A stretch of 64,000 nt of DNA, taken from contig NMRA01000104.1 in NCBI GenBank assembly GCA_002633005.1, positions 680,841 to 744,840 on the forward strand. Reading direction: 5' to 3'. Under the pieces are notes generated by a model. That model was not told the origin of the DNA, did not search any database, and saw only the letters and a list, made by a program, of their open reading frames with translations. Within the stretch, counting starts at the first letter, position 1. Every line of letters starts with the position of its first letter. The DNA is from Phoronis australis. Lineage: Eukaryota; Animalia; Phoronida. Shown piece after piece: positions 63,501-64,000 of the stretch. The position numbers were made by a program, and so were the translations under genes.

Positions 63501-63795
63501 AGAGAAGTTGTCCATTAGTGTAAGTGTTCAAGTTCACAGGCAGATGGTAGTCAGTCTTGAGTATGTCAATTGTTTGCCCAGGGCCAACATGAAGACTACC
63601 CAGTGTTGAGGCATCTTGAACATGACCACCAATAAGGTTGGATATGGTGACTGATTTAATGGAAGACTCAAACACCACGTGGGCACCATTTTGTACCACT
63701 AGAGTAGTAAAACTCATTGTGGTATTTGTAGAAAACATCCATGTTCTACCACTGTCCTGATATCTATTGGCGTAAGACAGCTGGTCAAGTCGAGA
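1..63795 (-). CDS. Spliced gene model, 48 exons, partial at both ends: giant extracellular multidomain protein (Gly-rich repeats, EGF repeats, VWD/LamG/C8-like/EGF cassettes), >11,400 aa
   Basis: All long ORFs are on the minus strand. Hand-traced exons have GT/GC donors and AG acceptors. Cumulative exon lengths give the right phase at all 47 junctions, and motifs run on across junctions (e.g. MTLKG|HAQMRF, CNGRG|TC, DLRIWDR|HF). Summed CDS is about 34,484 nt. Confidence 0.92.
857..1073 (-). CDS. Exon 47
   Basis: tacag|GT TTT ... AAC AG|gtgaga; PEWKLSNAPI...SRRRRS...KQFCFEL. Confidence 0.87.
1545..1642 (-). CDS. Exon 46: LamG C-terminal strand (missing from ORF track)
   Basis: ttcag|A CAC ... 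ACA G|gtaatg; HFTNLEIKQSW...LTAIWKMDEGTG. Confidence 0.86.
2076..3034 (-). CDS. Exon 45: VWD-like + LamG of cassette 5
   Basis: ORF 2003..3046; tacag|GTG CTC ... GAC AG|gtacgc; VEGLCG, GGTLALGRW, FSGYIDDLRIW. Confidence 0.91.
4161..11924 (-). CDS. Exon 44 (7,764 nt): four VWD-like/LamG/C8-like/EGF cassettes plus the start of a fifth
   Basis: ORF 4044..11657 extended in frame; ttcag|GAG AGG ... ATT AAG|gtatgg; motifs GxxxTFDG..Y.F...GEY, W.H+.+.W, GG.L.LGQW, F.G.+D.+R.W, W.FDEG.G. Confidence 0.94.
12368..12479 (-). CDS. Exon 43 (missing from ORF track)
   Basis: ttcag|A GTG ... AAG|gtgagt; VAYLHEVAWYLTYTLSNKAETVTANYNSTLC. Confidence 0.83.
12639..12930 (-). CDS. Exon 42: unique non-EGF domain (frame not in ORF track)
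   Basis: tgtag|AT TTT ... GTC AA|gtaagt; SVQPLLECVVAGFKEYTAWFGYINHNTHNVYLAVGSSN...DQPTKFRPGRHNNVFSV. Confidence 0.85.
13090..13326. mobile_element. MITE, PIF/Harbinger-like (copy 1)
   Basis: Imperfect TIR ggacctgttccaagaaa / tttattggaacgggctc; CAG on both flanks; AT-rich interior; homologous to 17737..17988 in reverse orientation. Confidence 0.75.
13438..13551 (-). CDS. Exon 41: laminin-EGF-like (missing from ORF track)
   Basis: tttag|GT GGC ... CCA G|gttggg; GTSCQCYDDDTHGHWQGGSCNECQPGWSAPDCTTCHP. Confidence 0.83.
13837..14025 (-). CDS. Exon 40: EGF/laminin-EGF-like
   Basis: attag|GT ACC TGT ... CCA G|gtattt. Confidence 0.85.
14183..14254. repeat. 72-bp segment duplicated at 14653..14724
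   Basis: gttagtcattgcttcagag[c/g]agactcaacaag[t/a]tgggttgtcaaaagac...cacacagg occurs twice. Confidence 0.9.
14530..15200. repeat. 52-bp minisatellite, about 11-12 degenerate copies
   Basis: Unit cactcagcaatacagtgtttggatggatggaggatgacaacggatggccagc starts at 14777, 14829, 14881, 14933, 14985 and 15037 (exact 52-bp spacing). Confidence 0.9.
15343..15477 (-). CDS. Exon 39: EGF-like, with a GC donor
   Basis: tgcag|GT GAA CCT GAC TGT ... AGA G|gcaagt; EPDCSNRGSC...CPGTPYCNGRG. Confidence 0.84.
16079..16330 (-). CDS. Exon 38: EGF-like
   Basis: tgtag|GT GAC ... CCG G|gtgagt. Confidence 0.89.
17344..17505 (-). CDS. Exon 37: EGF-like
   Basis: cacag|GT GAG AAG TGT ... AGA G|gtatga. Confidence 0.88.
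17543..17640 (-). pseudogene. Decayed duplicate EGF exon (pseudo-exon)
   Basis: GEKYGVQGFSCAGFNYSRHGICNITYGTCYCY parallels exon 37 GEKCEEQGCPGTRISCSHHGICDIAQQACYCY; three Cys lost; acceptor reads actg| instead of acag|. Confidence 0.75.
17737..17988. mobile_element. MITE, PIF/Harbinger-like (copy 2, inverted relative to copy 1)
   Basis: TIR aggcccgttccaagaaactgactta / taagtcagttttcttggaacaggctg; CAG on both flanks. Confidence 0.78.
18296..20077 (-). CDS. Exon 36: about 16 EGF-like repeats
   Basis: ORF 18288..20105; catag|GC AAT ... TGG G|gtaagt. Confidence 0.93.
20284..20460 (-). CDS. Exon 35: EGF-like
   Basis: cacag|GA GAA ... TCT G|gtgaga. Confidence 0.87.
20543..22505. mobile_element. 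Composite or nested interspersed-repeat block in intron
   Basis: Recurrent motif gtg[c/t]caagttt[t/c]attgaaatccat (20755, 21074) and aaatttcatcaaaatccg (22365); aaaattgccact shared with 45537; CpG-rich interior with direct repeat taaactaggtcatcc x2. Confidence 0.5.
22695..22863 (-). CDS. Exon 34: EGF-like (frame not in ORF track)
   Basis: aacag|AAA TGG ... ATT G|gtacgc; KWTGDDCSLPCVYG...CDVECSGRGKC. Confidence 0.86.
23690..24200. repeat. Old interspersed repeat; diverged second copy at about 3700..4115
   Basis: atatgatgttgcaaagttagccaaatttagacatttttcta (24150) versus atatgatgttctgaagttagccaaacttggacacttttcta (4071); catagcaaaacaa versus gatagcaaaacaa upstream; ends in ttaa. Confidence 0.55.
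24505..24620 (-). CDS. Exon 33: EGF-like (frame not in ORF track)
   Basis: tgcag|GT TGG ... GAT|gtaagc; WTGDGCHVPDCPGTPDCSGRGTC. Confidence 0.87.
24976..25201 (-). CDS. Exon 32: EGF-like
   Basis: tccag|GAT CCT ... CCA G|gtaacc. Confidence 0.88.
25378..25649 (-). CDS. Exon 31: EGF-like
   Basis: gtcag|GC TGG ... CAG|gtagac. Confidence 0.88.
25720..25910 (-). mobile_element. Degenerate tRNA-derived SINE fragment
   Basis: On the minus strand: ggccccgattactcaatgg (A-box-like) ... gaggttggagcccaggtggggac (B-box-like); extent of body uncertain. Confidence 0.45.
26419..26634 (-). CDS. Exon 30: EGF-like
   Basis: ctcag|AT AAT ... GAA G|gtgagg. Confidence 0.88.
27579..27737 (-). CDS. Exon 29: EGF-like
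   Basis: aacag|GT TCC ... AAT G|gtatgt. Confidence 0.88.
28659..29336 (-). CDS. Exon 28: EGF-like repeats
   Basis: gtcag|GC CGT ... AAA G|gtgagc. Confidence 0.9.
29540..29921. mobile_element. Possible decayed MITE
   Basis: Imperfect inverted ends gcgtgttcaata / tattgaacaggcc; CpG-rich interior. Confidence 0.3.
29998..30579 (-). CDS. Exon 27: start of EGF-like repeats
   Basis: cacag|GT TCA ... GCT G|gtaaga; CxGHGxCxxxxCxCxxxYxGxxC repeats. Confidence 0.9.
30734..30910 (-). CDS. Exon 26 (missing from ORF track): end of last Gly-rich module with a Cys cluster
   Basis: accag|GC TGG ... GGA G|gtatgt; WGWLAAHGGSSGWDCCGRCIGGGCCCNHYGGGGGGRLRT. Confidence 0.86.
31187..32021 (-). CDS. Exon 25: module 16
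   Basis: ORF 31155..32057; tacag|ACT ACA ... GAG G|gtatgt. Confidence 0.9.
33238..33539 (-). CDS. Exon 24
   Basis: tgtag|GT GGA AAT ... CAG|gtatgt; GAGSGGRISV...GSPGTVLV. Confidence 0.88.
34826..35293. mobile_element. Non-autonomous DNA transposon (hAT-like termini, 6-bp TSD)
   Basis: Perfect 13-bp TIR cagggcttggaat / attccaagccctg; direct repeat agtttt on both flanks; CpG-rich with repeated cgcggaa subterminal motifs. Confidence 0.85.
35364..35550 (-). CDS. Exon 23: module 15
   Basis: tttag|AAA CTC GAG ... TAC G|gtaaac (this donor is required for phase with the next exon). Confidence 0.82.
36121..36260 (-). CDS. Exon 22
   Basis: tgcag|GT GGG ... TTG|gtgagt; PYGSWSMPQQPGSGGG. Confidence 0.88.
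36698..37657 (-). CDS. Exon 21: modules 14-15
   Basis: ORF 36687..37556; tgtag|GC TCA GGT ... TCA G|gtaagt. Confidence 0.91.
37845..41702 (-). CDS. Exon 20 (3,858 nt): Gly-rich modules 11-14
   Basis: ORF 37774..41679; tttag|GT GGT ... CAC A|gtaagt. Confidence 0.93.
42403..42534 (-). CDS. Exon 19: Gly-rich module 11
   Basis: tttag|GG AGT GGA ... GCA G|gtaaac. Confidence 0.88.
43274..43429 (-). CDS. Exon 18 (frame not in ORF track)
   Basis: atcag|GT TAC ... AAA G|gtagga; YLSEKGPGAGSTKNGIGTGAAHGGHGG...PYDSVYYPTEKG. Confidence 0.87.
43450..43685 (-). mobile_element. tRNA-derived SINE
   Basis: On the minus strand: A-box-like tggctcagtgg, B-box-like ggtttgaatcc, then a tail aatgtgaaagcgatttcag...gaggaaaa resembling L2-type SINE tails. 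Confidence 0.6.
44006..44230. repeat. Degenerate ~38-40-bp tandem repeat, about 6 copies
   Basis: Recurring gagattagatttcatatggtaaa... Confidence 0.7.
44258..45379 (-). CDS. Exon 17: Gly-rich module 10
   Basis: ORF 44178..45335; tgtag|GA CGC CCG TAT ... ACA G|gtatgt. Confidence 0.91.
45410..45740. mobile_element. Interspersed repeat related to the 20543.. block
   Basis: aacaagag start; aaaattgccactgtggcg; ccaaatctcattaagatt motif. Confidence 0.35.
46008..46298 (-). CDS. Exon 16
   Basis: tgcag|GG CAG ... GCA G|gtaaag; GAGTGGGHGGYGG. Confidence 0.87.
46318..46385. repeat. 34-bp tandem duplication
   Basis: ataagatgca[t/c]tgaaac[a/g]gtatattcagagaaat x2. Confidence 0.9.
46705..46851 (-). CDS. 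Exon 15 (missing from ORF track)
   Basis: gctag|GT GAT ... CCA G|gtttgt; DANPALLLRGRLTGVYNMTVAEG... Confidence 0.85.
47479..47692 (-). CDS. Exon 14 (missing from ORF track)
   Basis: cctag|GGT CTC TTT ... ATA G|gtgggt; translates GLFEIDYLGKNESSVAIYKVLSDKTCTFNIQSNQKFYVEF..., homologous to the HKFIGDKTGRLHL segment of other modules. Confidence 0.85.
47941..48299 (-). CDS. Exon 13: Gly-rich module 9
   Basis: tgcag|GT CAT ... AAG|gttaga. Confidence 0.88.
48564..48782 (-). CDS. Exon 12: Gly-rich module 9
   Basis: tgcag|GT ACT ... ACT G|gtatgt. Confidence 0.87.
49041..49212 (-). CDS. Exon 11
   Basis: tgcag|GAC CTC AAG TGG ... AAT G|gtgagc. Confidence 0.87.
49382..53346 (-). CDS. Exon 10 (3,965 nt): Gly-rich modules 6-8
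   Basis: ORF 49352..53371; ttcag|GT CAC ... TTG|gtgagt. Confidence 0.93.
54294..54523 (-). CDS. Exon 9
   Basis: ttcaag|G AAC ATG ... AAA G|gtaggt; AGPGTVYIE. Confidence 0.82.
55209..55392 (-). CDS. Exon 8: Gly-rich module 5
   Basis: tttag|GA GTC ... AAA AG|gtactc; GGGSGGGIYI...GGGGSGGRIAM. Confidence 0.87.
55917..56139 (-). CDS. Exon 7: Gly-rich module 5
   Basis: gccag|ATG TCA ... GAT G|gtgagt. Confidence 0.88.
56608..56948 (-). CDS. Exon 6
   Basis: ORF 56527..56925; tctag|GA ATC ... ACA|gtaagg. Confidence 0.87.
57577..60228 (-). CDS. Exon 5: Gly-rich modules 3-4
   Basis: ORF 57488..60223; ttcag|GC ACA GTG ... GCA G|gtatat. Confidence 0.92.
60406..61672 (-). CDS. Exon 4: Gly-rich module 2
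   Basis: ORF 60368..61738; ttcag|GTG ATT ... TCA G|gtagtt. Confidence 0.9.
61811..62054 (-). CDS. Exon 3: Gly-rich module 1
   Basis: tgcag|T GGT GGT ... AAG|gtgaaa; GAGAGGTVYV...GGGGGGIVAI. Confidence 0.88.
62557..62749 (-). CDS. Exon 2: Gly-rich module 1
   Basis: tcgtag|AT GGT ... GCT AA|gtaatt; EGGSHFGFG...GSGG...GGGLIDI. Confidence 0.88.
63147..63795 (-). CDS. Exon 1 in window: beta-rich part of Gly-rich module 1
   Basis: ORF 63139..63738; donor CCAG|gtaatt; likely acceptor ttttacag| at 63795 (5' boundary less certain). Confidence 0.8.
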
Positions 63796-64000
63796 CTGTA
63801 AAACATTGTGTACAGCAAATTAAAACACGTCACTCCAATTCCAATCTGTAACGTTTAGAAACACATAATAACTTTAACAAGAGGACCAACACAGTCGAAC
63901 AACATCCATTTTCATAGCTGTCACAAGACATTGACCAAATGAATGCACATGCTAATTTTTACAAGAAATTAGAATATAGACAAAATGATTTCTATCAACA

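Noticed and set aside
30734-63795. Bacterial adhesin/autotransporter or PE-PGRS contamination
   Set aside because: The region is split by spliceosomal introns and is in phase with the EGF exons.

Overview
This is eukaryotic (animal, probably marine invertebrate) genomic DNA, not prokaryotic. The whole window is the interior of one giant minus-strand gene. I traced 48 coding exons by hand. Every junction has canonical splice signals (46 GT-AG introns and 1 GC-AG) and the reading phase is consistent throughout. They add up to about 34.5 kb of CDS (about 11,490 aa), with no start or stop codon in the window. From N to C the protein has: (1) 16 copies of a ~400-aa module made of a beta-strand-rich segment plus a glycine-rich segment (GGGSGGSI / GGAGGRIA motifs), about 6,400 aa; (2) about 1,740 aa of tenascin-type EGF repeats built from a 4-EGF super-repeat; (3) one small domain with PLLECV / AWFGY / QPTKFRPGR motifs, which resembles domains I recall from bacterial secreted proteins; (4) at least five full copies and a sixth partial copy of a ~610-aa cassette of VWD-like, LamG/pentraxin-like, Cys-helical (C8-like) and EGF domains. 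Introns hold MITEs (an inverted Harbinger-like pair with CAG target duplications, and a hAT-like element with a 6-bp duplication), tRNA-derived SINEs, a 52-bp minisatellite and decayed exon duplicates. Domain names come from visual motif recognition, not database searches.
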